Source of the DNA: Bispira polyomma
Lineage: Eukaryota
DNA: 64,000 nt
NCBI GenBank assembly: GCA_965649765.1
Contig: OZ287756.1
Location: forward strand, 682,001 to 746,000
Direction: 5' to 3'
The notes under the pieces: generated by a model
The model's database searches: none
What the model was told of the DNA's origin: nothing
What the model saw: the letters and a program-made list of their open reading frames with translations, nothing else
Position numbers and translations under genes: made by a program
Part shown: piece by piece, positions 25,310 to 39,786 of the stretch
Layout: every line of letters begins with the position of its first letter
How positions within the stretch are numbered: the first letter of the stretch is position 1

Positions 25310-28245
25310 TTTTTCTTTTGTTACATATATATTTTTTATATACACTAAGTGGGTAGTTTTACTACTGTTTATGTTCTTTTGTTATATATATATATATTTT
25401 TATATACACCACGTGGGTAGTTTTACTACTGTTTATGTTCTTTTGTTATATATATATTTTTTATACACACCACGTGGGTAGTTTTACTACTGTTTATGTT
25501 CTTTTGTTGTATATATATATTATGTACACCACGTGGGTAGTTTTACTACTGTTTATGTTCTTTTGCTGTATATATATTTTTTATATACACCACGTGGGTA
25601 GTTTTACTACTGTTTATGTTCTTTTGTTGTATATATATTTTTATATACACCACGTGGGTAGTTTTACTACTGTTTATGTTCTTTTGTTGTATATGTATTT
25701 TTATATACACCACGTGGGTAGTTTTACTACTGTTTATGCTCTTTTGTTGTATATATATATTTATATACACCACGTGGGTAGTTTTACTACTGTTTGTGTT
25801 CTTTTGTTGTATATATATTTTTATATACACCACGTGGGTAGTTTTACTACTGTTTATGTTCTTTTGTTGTATATATATTTTTATATACACCACGTAGGTA
25901 GTTTTACTACTGTTTATGTTCTTTTGTTGTATATATATATTATATACACCAAGTAGGTAGTTTTATTACTGTTTATGTTCTTTTGTTGTATATATATATT
26001 ATATACACCAAGTAGGTAGTTTTATTACTGTTTATGTTCTTTTGTTGTATATATTTTTTATATACACCAAGTAGGTAGTTTTACTACTGTTTATGTTCTT
26101 TTGTTGTATATATTTTTTAAAAACACTAAGTAGGTAGTTTTACTACTGTTTATGTTCTTTTGTTGTATATATTTTTTATATACACCAAGTAGGTAGTTTT
26201 ACTACTGTTTATGTTCTTTTGTTGTATATATATATTATATACACCAAGTAGGTAGTTTTATTACTGTTTATGTTCTTTTGTTATATATTTATTTTTTATA
26301 TACACCACGTGGGTAGTTTTACTACTGTTTATGTTCTTTTGTTGTATATACATATTATATACACCAAGTAGGTAGTTTTACTACTGTTTATGTTCTTTTG
26401 TTGTATATATATACTATATACACCAAGTAGGTAGTTTTATTACTGTTTATGTTCTTTTGTTGTATATATATATATTATATACACCAAGTAGGTAGTTTTA
26501 ATACTGTTTATGTTCTTTTGTTGTATATATATTTTTATATACACCAAGTAGGTAGTTTTACTACTGTTTCTGTTCTTTTGTTGTATATATTTTTTATATA
26601 CACCACGTGGGTAGTTTTACTACTCTTTATGTTCTTTTGTTGTATATATATATTATATACACCAAGTAGGTAGTTTTATTACCGTTTATGTTCTTTTGTT
26701 GTATATATTTTTTATATACACCAAGTAGGTAGTTTTACTACTGTTTATGTTCTTTTGTTGTATATATATACTATATACACCAAGTAGGTAGTTTTATTAC
26801 TGTTTATGTTCTTTTGTTGTATATATATATATTATATACACCAAGTAGGTAGTTTTATTACTGTTTATGTTCTTTTGTTGTATATATTTTCTATATACAC
26901 CAAGTAGGTAGTTTTACTACTGTTTATGTTCTTTTGTTGTATATATTTTTTATATACACCAAGTAGGTAGTTTTACTACTGTTTATGTTCTTTTGTTGTA
27001 TATATTTTTTAAAAACACTAAGTAGGTAGTTTTACTACTGTTTATGTTCTTTTGTTGTATATATTTTTTATATACACCAAGTAGGTAGTTTTACTACTGT
27101 TTATGTTCTTTTGTTGTATATATATATTATATACACCAAGTAGGTAGTTTTATTACTGTTTATGTTCTTTTGTTATATATTTATTTTTTATATACACCAC
27201 GTGGGTAGTTTTACTACTGTTTATGTTCTTTTGTTGTATATACATATTATATACACCAAGTAGGTAGTTTTACTACTGTTTATGTTCTTTTGTTGTATAT
27301 ATATACTATATACACCAAGTAGGTAGTTTTATTACTGTTTATGTTCTTTTGTTGTATATATATATATTATATACACCAAGTAGGTAGTTTTATTACTGTT
27401 TATGTTCTTTTGTTGTATATATATTTTTATATACACCAAGTAGGTAGTTTTACTACTGTTTCTGTTCTTTTGTTGTATATATTTTTTATATACACCACGT
27501 GGGTAGTTTTACTACTCTTTATGTTCTTTTGTTGTATATATATATTATATACACCAAGTAGGTAGTTTTATTACCGTTTATGTTCTTTTGTTGTATATAT
27601 TTTTTATATACACCAAGTAGGTAGTTTTACTACTGTTTATGTTCTTTTGTTGTATATATATACTATATACACCAAGTAGGTAGTTTTATTACTGTTTATG
27701 TTCTTTTGTTGTATATATATATATTATATACACCAAGTAGGTAGTTTTATTACTGTTTATGTTCTTTTGTTGTATATATTTTCTATATACACCAAGTAGG
27801 TAGTTTTACTACTGTTTATGTTCTTTTGTTGTATATATTTTTTAAAAACACTAAGTAGGTAGTTTTACTACTGTTTATGTTCTTTTGTTGTATATATTTT
27901 TTATATACACCACGTGGGTAGTTTTACTACTCTTTATGTTCTTTTGTTGTATATATATATATTATATACACCAAGTAGGTAGTTTTATTACCGTTTATGT
28001 TCTTTTGTTGTATATATTTTTTATATACACCAAGTAGGTAGTTTTACTACTGTTTATGTTCTTTTGTTATATATATATTTATATACACCACGTGGGTAGT
28101 TTTACTACTGTGTATGTTCTTTTGTTGTATATATATATTATATACACCACGTGGGTAGTTTTATTACTGTTTATGTACTTTTGTTATATATATATATATA
28201 TTTATATACACCACGTGGGTAGTATTACTGTTGTATTCTTCTTTT
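25310..28245 (+). repeat. ~59-60-bp minisatellite, ~49 copies, with higher-order structure
   Basis: Unit TATACACCA(C/A)GT(G/A)GGTAGTTTTACTACTGTTTATGTTCTTTTGTTGTATATATATTT. Confidence 0.97.
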
Positions 28246-31200
28246 GCGGTTTTTTTTTTTTTGTATTGTAAATCTGTGATTCAATAAAATATTGGAAAAA
28301 ATATGTATAATAATTGTTTAATGTATTTTGGGGGTGACATCTTTTATACCTCAAATATGGCGGTAGCATAAAAATTATTACTGCTAGCTCCTGACAATAA
28401 ATAACCATGTAACCATTTACTTTTTTAACTGGAATTGTTTTTACATGGTTTATGAGAACATTCTTTAAAGTTCACTAAAGTGATTTATGTTTGCTTTAAT
28501 TTTTAATTATATATTACTCTTGGGTTTATAGGGATTTAGAAGTTTTTCAGGTAATTGTGGACAGATTGCTGTGCTCTACAAAATATGTAGATAGTAATAA
28601 CCTTATTCATTGCCCTGCAGCTCCTCCTTTCTGTCTCTTGTCAAATATCAGCCAAAGAATAGCCAAGTCATTCAATTATATTCCTTCCTGACACCAAAAT
28701 CTCCAGGGTCTTCAAATGTGCAACAAAAATAAAAGAAAGGAAAACTGTGATTGGGCTAACCAATCATGAGAACGATTATTAACCACAGGCTATTTTGTTT
28801 AAATGTATAACACAATAAATATATATTTAAATAATATATTGACTCCAGTTGATCTTCCCTGTCCCCTTTTGTTTAAGGCCAGGCGGCCAATATACACAGG
28901 GTGTGTCTAGTAATGTGTCATTAAGGGCCAGTGAACGAGCAGTGGAGCTCTAATTAATCACTATCCCTGCCATAAGTGTCCCCAATGGTCTCTTTGAGAC
29001 CGAAAACCTCCAATTGAGAAGGATTTGTGAGACATTAATAAAATACCCAAAGCACACAGCATGTACTTGTAATGAGCTCTACTTTACAGTATTGAGAAGA
29101 GCCTATAGCCAATATTATTCTTGTTATTAGCATTTTTAGTACAGATTTAAAAGAAAATAGATGACACTCATTTTAGAATGTGCTGTTAAATCAGTGTCAT
29201 TGACACGTACACGAAAGGCGGAAAAAAGTTTTAAAAGAAACTTTATTGATTTGTATTGATTCATTTATTTATTTACAATAGGTACGTGACACAACCAAAT
29301 TAACAGCATTTAAACGACTTACACAGTGTACGAATTTGTTGGCCAGTGTTACTAGATTTGTATATAGATTTAAGGAATTAAATCAAAGTATTGTCAGATA
29401 ATATTCTTCATCTAGATTTGTAGGAACCCTTGTTTTCTATAATTAAACCAAGATATTTATACCTGTCCACAAATTTAAGATCGGTAGGATTAAATTATAA
29501 ATTGTCGTAACTGAGAATACCGTAATATGGAAAAACATGGGCAAAGATTTATAGATATTATAGAAATTGAAAACTGTAGTGGAAATGTTTTAATACTGGT
29601 ATGAATATTTAGCTTATACCTGAGAGAATGCTTTTTACTGTCACATAATATGTGATGTGGCAGGCTAATCTCCAGAGTAGGTCCATCAGCAGAAGATTAG
29701 ATTACATTGATGTATTTTGGTTTATATGTAGGGAATTGTAGATATTGAAATGGTTAAATACACTTGCAGTACTGTATTATGTTCTAGCTTGTCCTTTTCT
29801 ATTCCCTAAAATACACAAATACTGACGTCAATCATTCCACTACAAAGGACACGCAACTTACACTCTTCCCAAAACCTTTATCAAAAGAAATCCCCTAGAC
29901 TCATAAATAGACGCTGGAATTTATATACATATTGGTTTTTAGCAAGTAATGCATCAATGAACTCACAAGGACCTAATTTAAAGCTGTTATTTTTTCACAA
30001 TTAAAAAAAGATCGCACACATTCTTGTATTGTCTAATTATTTGATGTATAAGACATGTAAATGCCAGCTCTCCACTTATTTCTAGACAGTCAACAAAAAT
30101 ATCAGGTGTCACTACTTTGGTCTGATTTGCATTCCAATTCCTCATTGTCTCAATATAGAACAGTTTTCGTGTTGGCTGCCGTGTACGAGTAGTACCTGCA
30201 CAAAACAACACTCGAACTGTCCAGAGTAATGAGCCCTACTCAGGTGAAGCCAGTAATAGGTGGGAGATGTTTGGACATAAACCTGTTAAACCGGCAGCAG
30301 ATTGGTCCTGTATCAGGCTCTAACACAGGGAAGCAGATGGCCAAATGACCTGCTTGTTGGGCGATTTATTTTTGTTGTTATTATAAACATTGATACAAAG
30401 GACAACAAGTTACAAGTTTAAATAATTTGCATGTTTTGTAAATTGTTATATATAAAATTTTGCATATCATACTATTTGTTATATGTCAATTAAATAATGT
30501 ACCTGTAATATATTGTAATTGTGTATTTTTTAGTCTTTGTTTCAAGCTTTTGGTGCTCTTAGCTGCTCTGTATCAAGTAAAAATAAAACAAAAAATATTG
30601 GACCATATAATAAATAGGTTATCAAATGACGGTCACTTTGATTTCACAGCTCACTCAACATTGATAAAAATAAAATGAGTCAGGTCAAAACTGCAACTTG
30701 ATGATGACAATCGCCAACCTGTTATTACTAATTATGCAGGTTTCCAGTGGAAATAGAGATATCTTTTTTACCAGTTTACCCTGCAGGAAGTTATAAAAAT
30801 GTTGTAGTAGCTTGCATTTATTTGTATCATTGCTGCTAGCTCCTGACAATTACTTATGGTCCCACTAGTTCTTTTTTATTGCTGTAAAAGCATGGTTTAT
30901 GAGTATTCTCGAAACAACAAAGTTTTTTTTCTTGGTTCGTGATTTAGATATTGTCTTTCAACTACTTACTACTTTGTTGCCTTACGATGGGTTATAAAAC
31001 TGGAGGTAAATGATCTCGACCAACTACTGTGCTCCATAATATATTGTAAAGTCAGATATCAAAAAGTAAGTTTTAAATAATAGTACATGTACAATTGTGG
31101 TGTACTATCACTCTGCAAATTTTTTTTCTGGTTAACCAATTTTATAATCAAAAACTTTATAGCCAAATAATTCTGTATTCTTGTTTAATAGAGCCATCAA

Positions 31201-34200
31201 TAGTAATTATGTAGGAAACATTAATGACAGAAGCCCATTCTTAGTACTTCCAGGCACGAGATGGTTATTATTAACAATTAAAAAAGTTACTTTGGCCAAA
31301 TTTGCCCTTACTTTTTTACAATTTATTATTTGATGCAATATAATACAATGGAATAAGATTCAGTATTTAGGTATATTGAACGAAAATTGGTATAACTAAA
31401 GCATTTACATGCACACATAAAAAACTGGACCTAGAGGCCAAGGCAAGTTTAAGTAATTTCATAACCTCACAACCAATTCTATGCTAATCCATTATGCATA
31501 GAACAGTTAAATAGAGGCTGATGATAAATGGCAGACGCAAAAGACAAAAGGCATGAAATGTGGATGAAAGGACAGTTATGAGGTCAGTCGGACGTGAGTA
31601 GAGATATTAGTTGGAATGTGGGTAGAGAGTTATTGTGAATGAAGTTGCATGTTAAATGGGTGTACGTTAAATAAATCCTTACTTTGGAATGACATGTTGC
31701 TCACATGAAATATAACTTGTAGTTAAAAGAAGCTACAACTTGTTTTAGCTATAGAAAACAACTAAAATAGAAAAAAAAAACATAATCTCTTCAAGGCATA
31801 TGTCTTTGTTGGACATGTTTCTGCACAATTTAATAATTGCAAGAGTTTATATGAGGGTTTATGTTGGTACAAGTGATACCCAATTGGTTATATTGTATTC
31901 TTACTATTGCTTTCAATTGTCACATTTGGTCCAACAAAAAGAAACAATGTTTAATGTGCCTAAGCTACTGGAAAACATGACATTGAGATTATAAGTATAT
32001 GCCGTATTGATAACCATAGACAAATTTAAAGAGCTTTGTCCAAATCTACAGTTAGCTCTCAGTTGGACTCAAGGTAATTGACCCTGACCACTTCTGTTTG
32101 TGACCAATGTGTTTGTATGTGGCAGTGGAGTTCTAATTAATCACAATTCTCACTGATATCTTAGTTAAAGAAGCCTGACATCTATAATTAGTCCCACATC
32201 AATATAAGGCCCCAAAACAAGCAGTAACAGTTACTGTCAAGGATCACATGCTATTACTCTTCAATATATTGTTATTATTAGTTTTCTCATTGCACATTTA
32301 ATGCAATAAGGGATATCTATAGAACTTTTTACACTTAATCTTAGTTTTAAGTTACTGTTCACACAAATATTGAAAAGCATAACCAGTACCAAAAAGAGAT
32401 TGTCATTGAAAACAACAACAAGGAAGAACATAATGCTTTATTAAAAATGAGTTTTAGCATATTCCTGAAGACCTGCAATGTCCCGTCAGGTCTAATGCTT
32501 TGTGGTAGTCTATTTCATAGAGTAAGTCAATTACAATTAAAACCATTGTCAAGGTAATCCATAGACTGATGTATTTTAAGTTTATTTGTAGAGAAGTGCA
32601 TGTATGTAAACATAAATGTTTAGCACTCAATCACTGTATTGTAGATGTTCCTATTATATTGATTCTGGCTTTAGCTTGGTTGGGAACATTTTATAAACTA
32701 CAGTTTGTAATGATGCAACCAGTCGCTCTTTGTAAACCCCTGACATGTGTTTGACCTTCCCTAGGTCAGAACAGACTGACCTTGCTAACTTTAAGGCGAA
32801 GTTTGAGTAAAAAGTCAGATAGGAATATTTATTTAAATTTTGTATTTTGGGAATATTTATTTAAATTTTGTATTTACAACTTTTAAAATTTTTAAAAGTA
32901 GTGTATTATCTTATTTTTTCAATGTATAAGACGATGTATCTTTGCATTTATTTGCCAGGCAGTTTAGATCTTTGTTGGTTTGATTTGCAATCCTCATTGT
33001 CTCAATATCATGGCTGTGATAAACATGAGCTTTCTGTGTTGGCTGTTCTGTAATAACTACACCAAGAACTACCACAACGATGGCCAGTTAACACGTCACA
33101 CTATTAATAGGAGGCAAGAGTCGGGTTCCCGATCCGAGCAGATTAGTCATAAATCAATCACTAACCCTGGAGAGCAGATGGTCAGGTTTCCTGATTGCAG
33201 GGAGTATTTTTTTTTTTTTTTTTTTATGAAGAGCAAATATTCTTCAAAAGAGCAAGGCTATGATTTAGCTAAAGTAGTAGTTTAAAGTAACTTTTAGACC
33301 ATATACCACAGTTGAAGATAGTTATAGATTATACTATTGGGACAGTAAACTTGTCAGCCTCTGTTTAGTTTTTACCTAATAGGTTTCAACATAGCGATTT
33401 TAAAATGTGCACATGTTCATCTGTTGGACAAATATATTATTGGTATTATTTTTGCAAATTTATTGTAACTGTTTCACTTTGAACTGTGACAAATGGAAGC
33501 ACTTTGTCTTTCATGTACATTACAAAGTCTTTGTTTACAGAAAATCATACAGATGTAGTAGCTAATTCAGTCTGTTTTCGGTCTGTCTCCGGAAGCACCA
33601 CTATCTGAAAGACTTTTATGTAACCCAGTCTGTCTTTGTCCCTGTCTTATTCTTTTAACAGTTCATACAGAAGAGTGAATTTGTTCTGCATTTTTTGGGG
33701 GCCATTATTCCACCCTTAGTCAGGTCAGTAACCAGATGTTTTAGTCTTTTAAGACCCTCATACTACAAATAGTGTGTTTAGAGTGGAGATAATGGTGTTC
33801 AACATAATAAGACATATTAATGTAATGCTAGGGCTGACTGTCACACAAATCAAAATGATTCATACTGTCACCAAAACTTCAACTAGAACGGGGTGTCAGG
33901 TTTAATATCTAGGGAGTGTGCATAGTTGAAAGTATGGTGGTGATAAAAACACTTTAAAGAAATATTTGATATTACACTCCTCAAACAGAAAGTATGTAAT
34001 ATAAACAAGAAGAGTGATATATTGTCACTGACTATGTCCTATTTTAAATATTTTATATTATAGTTACAAATGCTTGAATTGTTGACATTTCATTTAATTC
34101 ATATATTGTTACATTTAGAATATTGGATATAATACTATGTAAATTCATTTTTTTTAAATTATATATCTGAAATACATTATATTTATGTATTTTAGTGTTT

Positions 34201-34339
34201 TTAATGCTTAGGTAATCTTTTGATACTTACTTTTAACCCAACTTTATAATTTATAAATTCAGTAAATTTTGGAGCATATAATATGGTATAATATGGATGT
34301 CACTTGTTTACTTCTTTCACTGGATAATACTTAAAATGC

Positions 34340-35415
34340 CTTTTTTTGTTATTATGGATTTTTAAGGCTCGATATTTTGCTAGGAGACATTTAGAAGTTA
34401 CTGATGTTGCTAAAAGAATTCAGTGCTTAAAGAAGGGCTAGCCCAGAGGGAGGTAGTCGGGCTTGGCTATGGGGTAGTGCTGTCAGAAGCTTTTGGTTAC
34501 GGTATCAACCAATAGGTCAGTATGGCAGGAGACGACCGGTAATTAGACCAATTTTGAGGCGCGTCACCAGTTGGCTTGTGTACAATTTGCTTAAGATCAT
34601 TAGCATTGGCAGCCGCATCAATGGTCATCTGTACTCTTCACAGATGAGTCAAGATTCCATATTTCCCATATTGATGGACGTAAAAGAGTGTGACGCCATC
34701 CTGGAGAGAAATATGCTCAGGCCAATATTGTTGAACGTGATGGTTTTGGTGAGGGTTTGTGGTGGTTTGGATTGGCATATGCATTTAAGGGTTAAAAGAT
34801 TTAATCGCATTGCAGGTGATGCGTTTACTGCTGTCAGATATCAAAATCAAATTCAAGACACTGTTGTAAGACCCAATGTTCTGTTAATGCATAACAACAC
34901 AATATCAGACACAACTAGAGTGTGTTCAGACTATATGAGCATGGTATTGAGGTAATAGCTTGTTTGTAGCCCCAATCTCATCCCGATTAGACAATCGGTG
35001 GGACTTGTTTAGAAGGGAAGTTCAGGCCCGGGCAAATGCTCCTTCACCCAGTTACACAGGCTTTAATTGGGGGTGGGGTAAAATTTTGCCACAAATGCCT
35101 AGACGATACATAAAATCATGCTCCAACATTGTAGCGAGTTCATTGAGGCTAGATTTGGTCACATTCATTATTAAGCAGCATAAATCCACAGAAGAACACT
35201 CGTCTTGAAAGATTTTGTTGTTGAAAAACTGAAAAATGAACTCTATTTTGAGGGTGTAAGTCTTTAAACCGCCGTGCTCTTTTTTTGATTCGGGTATTTC
35301 TGTTTCTTTTCAAGTTTTTTTGTTATTGAATTATGAATAGTATACAATATATAATTCATTTATAACGATAATTTATACTCATTTTTCTATTTCACAATTT
35401 GCCCCTTCAATTTGT
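34340..35415 (+). mobile_element. Tc1/mariner transposon remnant
   Basis: Frameshifted transposase motifs QREV, PGE(K)YAQANIVERDGFG, TAVRY, LLMHNN, WDLFRREV; absent from the paralogous unit at ~52625-52690; TIRs not clearly seen. Confidence 0.85.
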
Positions 35416-38400
35416 ATATATTAAATTGACTATCAAACACCATTGTTTGCACTAAAAATACTTATAAAACATCCATACTATTAAATAAGGGAAAAATTCA
35501 ATTGCTCCAACCTATTACCACTAAGTATGGCAAGTTTCCTTTCAAAACACATCTTTCTCCAATACTTGTTTATCCTGCAGGAAGTTATAAAATACAATGC
35601 AAATTTCGTGGTAACATGCAACATTCTAAGTATTTTTTGTACCAATGTTATTAGTTCCTGAAAATAAGTTACTGTCTAACCATTTACCCTTTGAACTAGT
35701 AAAAAAATGGTTATTATTTCTTCCTGTAAAAAGGATGGTTTATGAGTACATTCTCTAAACATCACAGAAGTGATTTATCGTTGCCTTAGTTTTTAATACC
35801 AAGTTTTTTTCTTGGTTAATGATTTAGATGTTTTCTTTCAACTACTGCTTATTTTGTGCCCTCTGATGGGTAGTAAAAATTAGAGGTAGGTAATCGTGGC
35901 CAATTACTGTGCTAAACATTAAATGTGTAAGGCCAGGTTGTAAAAATGGTAAAAAAAAATATCAAAGCTATGTATGTTGAATCACATACATTCACATTAC
36001 TAGCTGTACAAATTTGGTCATTGTATGGAAATAAGGGACAATCTGATCCTCATGCATCACACGCACCCAGTGACTCTATAACTGTAAATTATTTAGAGTG
36101 AAAATTGACTTTAGTAAACATCTCAAAAATGTAAATATATCTATTTTTGAACTTATTTGAGAAAAAAAGTTACTATAGTAATAATAGCTAATTTTATATA
36201 GCCCTAATATTAGATAATTATGTGGGTTCGCTAGCGCTCATGTAAAGACTAATAAAACAGAAAAATATGCACAAGTACAATATTGTAGATTAAATTGACA
36301 TACAATAAGCTCTTCTGAAAAATATGACTTTAATTGTTTTTGTAAGGAAGTCTCTAATTTACAGTTTTGTATGTCTTCAAAAAGTATAATTCTTGTGTGG
36401 TGCTTTGTCACCTTATCTGTTTAAATTAGAGTAAGAAGGTTAGTGATCTATTCTGGTCAGTTCTGAACATCTACCAAGGATTTGTGAAGATGTTCAAGGC
36501 ATCAATTTCCATGTTTGGGGGAAGATGCACGCACATGAATCTGTGCATCATTAGCATAGAAATGATACTTTCACAAACTCTATGAGGAGATCATTTTACT
36601 GAATGATGTGGTATTTAGAGAAACCAGCCTTGGTCCAACCAAGAACTTACATAGTGAAATAACTTTCTGTTTTTATCATTTTGTCATTACCATAGATCAA
36701 CTATTAAGTCTAGGACTAGTGGCCTATCCTTATACATGATGTATGATACAAAGTCATTGTGTCAAATTGGTACTAGAATGAGAGTCATAGCAGATATCTT
36801 GGTTCTTACACAAAATATTTGTTGTGCACATCAATTATCATTTGTAACATTGAACCTGTACACTCCCCAGCAATCAGGTAACTTGATCATCTGATTTCCG
36901 GGGTTAGGGACTGATTCACAACCAATCTGTCGGCAGTTGGTTATGTTTGAATTTCTCCTCCATATTACTCGCTGGACATGAGTGCTGACCATTACTACGT
37001 GTAGACAAAGTGTTGTTGTTGTGTTTATTATTTTGGACAGGAAAACACTAGACGTCATGACAAGTTTTAGGCGTTCAAAAGTATTTGGAGGCATTAAATG
37101 ATCACTTTAATGTTATACTATCACTTTCTACAAATACTAAAAGTATTAATAGTAGAGTGACTGTAATTTTTTTGGTAATATATGGTACACATATAATATA
37201 ACGTTATATGTATAGTAAACTAAAGTAGGTATAACTAAATCATTTATTAATGGTCCTTGAGAAATAACTGCACATAGAGGCCAAGGCAAGTGCAAGTAAT
37301 TTTGTAAGATCACAACCAATTCTATGCTAATCCATTATGCATGAACTAGTTAAGTAGAAGGTGACGATAAATGGCAGATAGAAAAGATGAAAGCCATGAA
37401 ATGTGGATGATAGGACATTTATGAGGTCAATCGGACATGAGTAGAGATATTAGCTGGGATGTGGAAAGATATTTATTGTGCATGAAGTTGTGTGTTAAAT
37501 GAACTTTTAGTTTGGGATGACATGTTGCTCACGTGAACTATAAGTGGCAGGTGAAAGAAGCTATAACTTGTTTTAGCTACAGCATACAACTAACATAACC
37601 ATAATCACGTCATGATAAACAAGTATTTGTAATGTAATCCCCACTGATGTTATTAATTCTCACACTAGGTTCAACAAAAGAAACAATGCTGTTTGGTAAT
37701 TTTAAGTCATTAGAAAAATAAGAAATTGAGATAACTAATCATAGGATTTATTGATATCCATTTTATAACCTTTAAGTACAAGAGGTACAGGTAACACTCA
37801 GTGAGCATTCAAGTTATGTCTTTTTTAGAATGTTGAGAAGGCTTAAACCTAATTCTCACTGCTGCGTGAGATTACTGTTTTGCAGTAGAGTTTTTAATTA
37901 ACAATCATTCTAAATGGTATCTTAGGAAGCCTGACATGTAGAATACTTTATACCACACCAATGCAAACTTCTAAACCTGACAGCAGGGTACAATCAAGGT
38001 AAATGCGCTATTATTATTTTTAAATTGATAGAACGTTGGACAGACAACCAAGAAGAAAACAAAAGTATGGGGAAGCTTCATTAAAAAGGAGTTTTGGCCT
38101 ATTCTTGAAGGTCTGCAATGTACTGGCAGTTCTAATGCAACGTGGCAGTCTATTCCACAGGGGAGGTCAATTACAATAAAACCCATTGTCAAGGTGAACT
38201 TTAGATTGATGTATTTTAGGTTTATATGTAGTTAATTAGACAGAAAGATCCAATGCCCTATCATTGTACTTTGTAGGTTGCTATTATATTGACCCTGGCT
38301 ATAGCTTTGCTTGGAACATTGGACAAACTACAGTCTTTAATGATGTACTATTTCCGCAACTTAGTATAATTCTAGTCAATAAATAATCTTACATCTTTAA

Positions 38401-38734
38401 AATCACTTTATTTCAATAAAAACAGCTGATATGTCACACTGGCCATGTATAATACCACTCTTTCAAACAGTCAAAATGTTGCTTCCTTTCTGTTATCATG
38501 TATAAGACAAATACAAGGTGTAAATAGTTCCTCTTCTCTGACAAAAACATAAAAGAGCTTTCACTTGTATTATTGTATTTGAAATTATTTGCTAATTTTT
38601 GTTCATGAATATTGAATTATTCAGAAATAACAATCTTTTTGTTACAATGAGTGTTTATTTAAAATAAAGAAATTTGTGTTTGTTGGGTAGTGTTTGTGGG
38701 GTAGTGTTTGTAGGCTAGTGTTTTTTTCCAATAT

Positions 38735-39485
38735 GGCTCTTTCAGATCATGTATCCCAAGTGACTAAGTCTATTCGAATCCACATTAGAGATCTTTATAG
38801 GACTCGCCACTAGGTCGACTTCAAAACAGCAGTCCTCCTTGTAATTGCTCTTGTCAGCAGCGGACTTGACTGCAATTACCTGTTTGCCTTACTCACTAGA
38901 ATTTAAGTTCACGAGGCTCCAGTGGGTCAAAACCTAGCTCTGCCGGGTAGTGACTCAATCTTCCAGGTTTTCTCATGTAACACTAGAACTGGAAAATATC
39001 CATTGGCTACCAGTTAAACACAGGGTACAGTATAAAATGGGGCTGATCTCATACAAGGTCCTAAAAGACAGCCAACCAGTATATCTTAAGAAATGCACCA
39101 TCCTTATACCTCGTCTTGAAGCACAAGACATAGGTGCCCAAAATTAAAATTCCCTGAAGTACCCTCTTTTAACTCGAGAATACACAAATCCCACAAATAT
39201 TTCATCAAATCTTTTAGCCACCATGCACCTACTTTCTAGAACTCTCTCCCCCTTTTTGTAAGAACTAGTCCCTCAGTAACATCTTTTAGGAAGCACCTTA
39301 CCACCCAACTCTTCAAATTTGCCTTTCCTACCTAGCACTTTCCCTCCATCATACCCACAACCCTGGATTACTGACCTGTTACGTCTCTCAACTATGATTT
39401 TGGATTAATCTCTTTGTTTGTTTAGCACACTGAGTTTCCTTTGTGGGGTAGATTTTGCTCATGCAAAGCAATGGATTTAGATTTT
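38735..39485 (+). mobile_element. L2/CR1-group LINE 3' fragment
   Basis: SDHVSQVTKS..HIRDL, ALVSSGLDC, FSHVT..IHWLPVKHRVQYK, FRKHL..LFKFAF; absent from paralog ~53800. Confidence 0.88.
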
Positions 39486-39786
39486 CGTGTTAGTGAGCCA
39501 TTGAATTGGACATTATTGCAGACATAACTTGGATAATTTCATATTTTTAATCAACAACTTTTCACGAGTAGTACAGTATTAAGTACAGAATTAAATATTT
39601 AGTGTTTTAATACATATCCCAAAAGTCTTTTTTATATATAAAATTAGACCCAAAATAAAATTAATGTTTGAATAAGGAACATAGCATATTAAGAATACCT
39701 ATAATTAAACAGATAAGTTAAATCTAGTTACATTTGCCCCTCAAAAAGTTGATGGTATACAATAAAATACAAGGCTAAAAGTTAAA

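Noticed and set aside
25435-28271. ORFs in the 60-bp minisatellite
   Set aside because: Artefacts of repeat periodicity.
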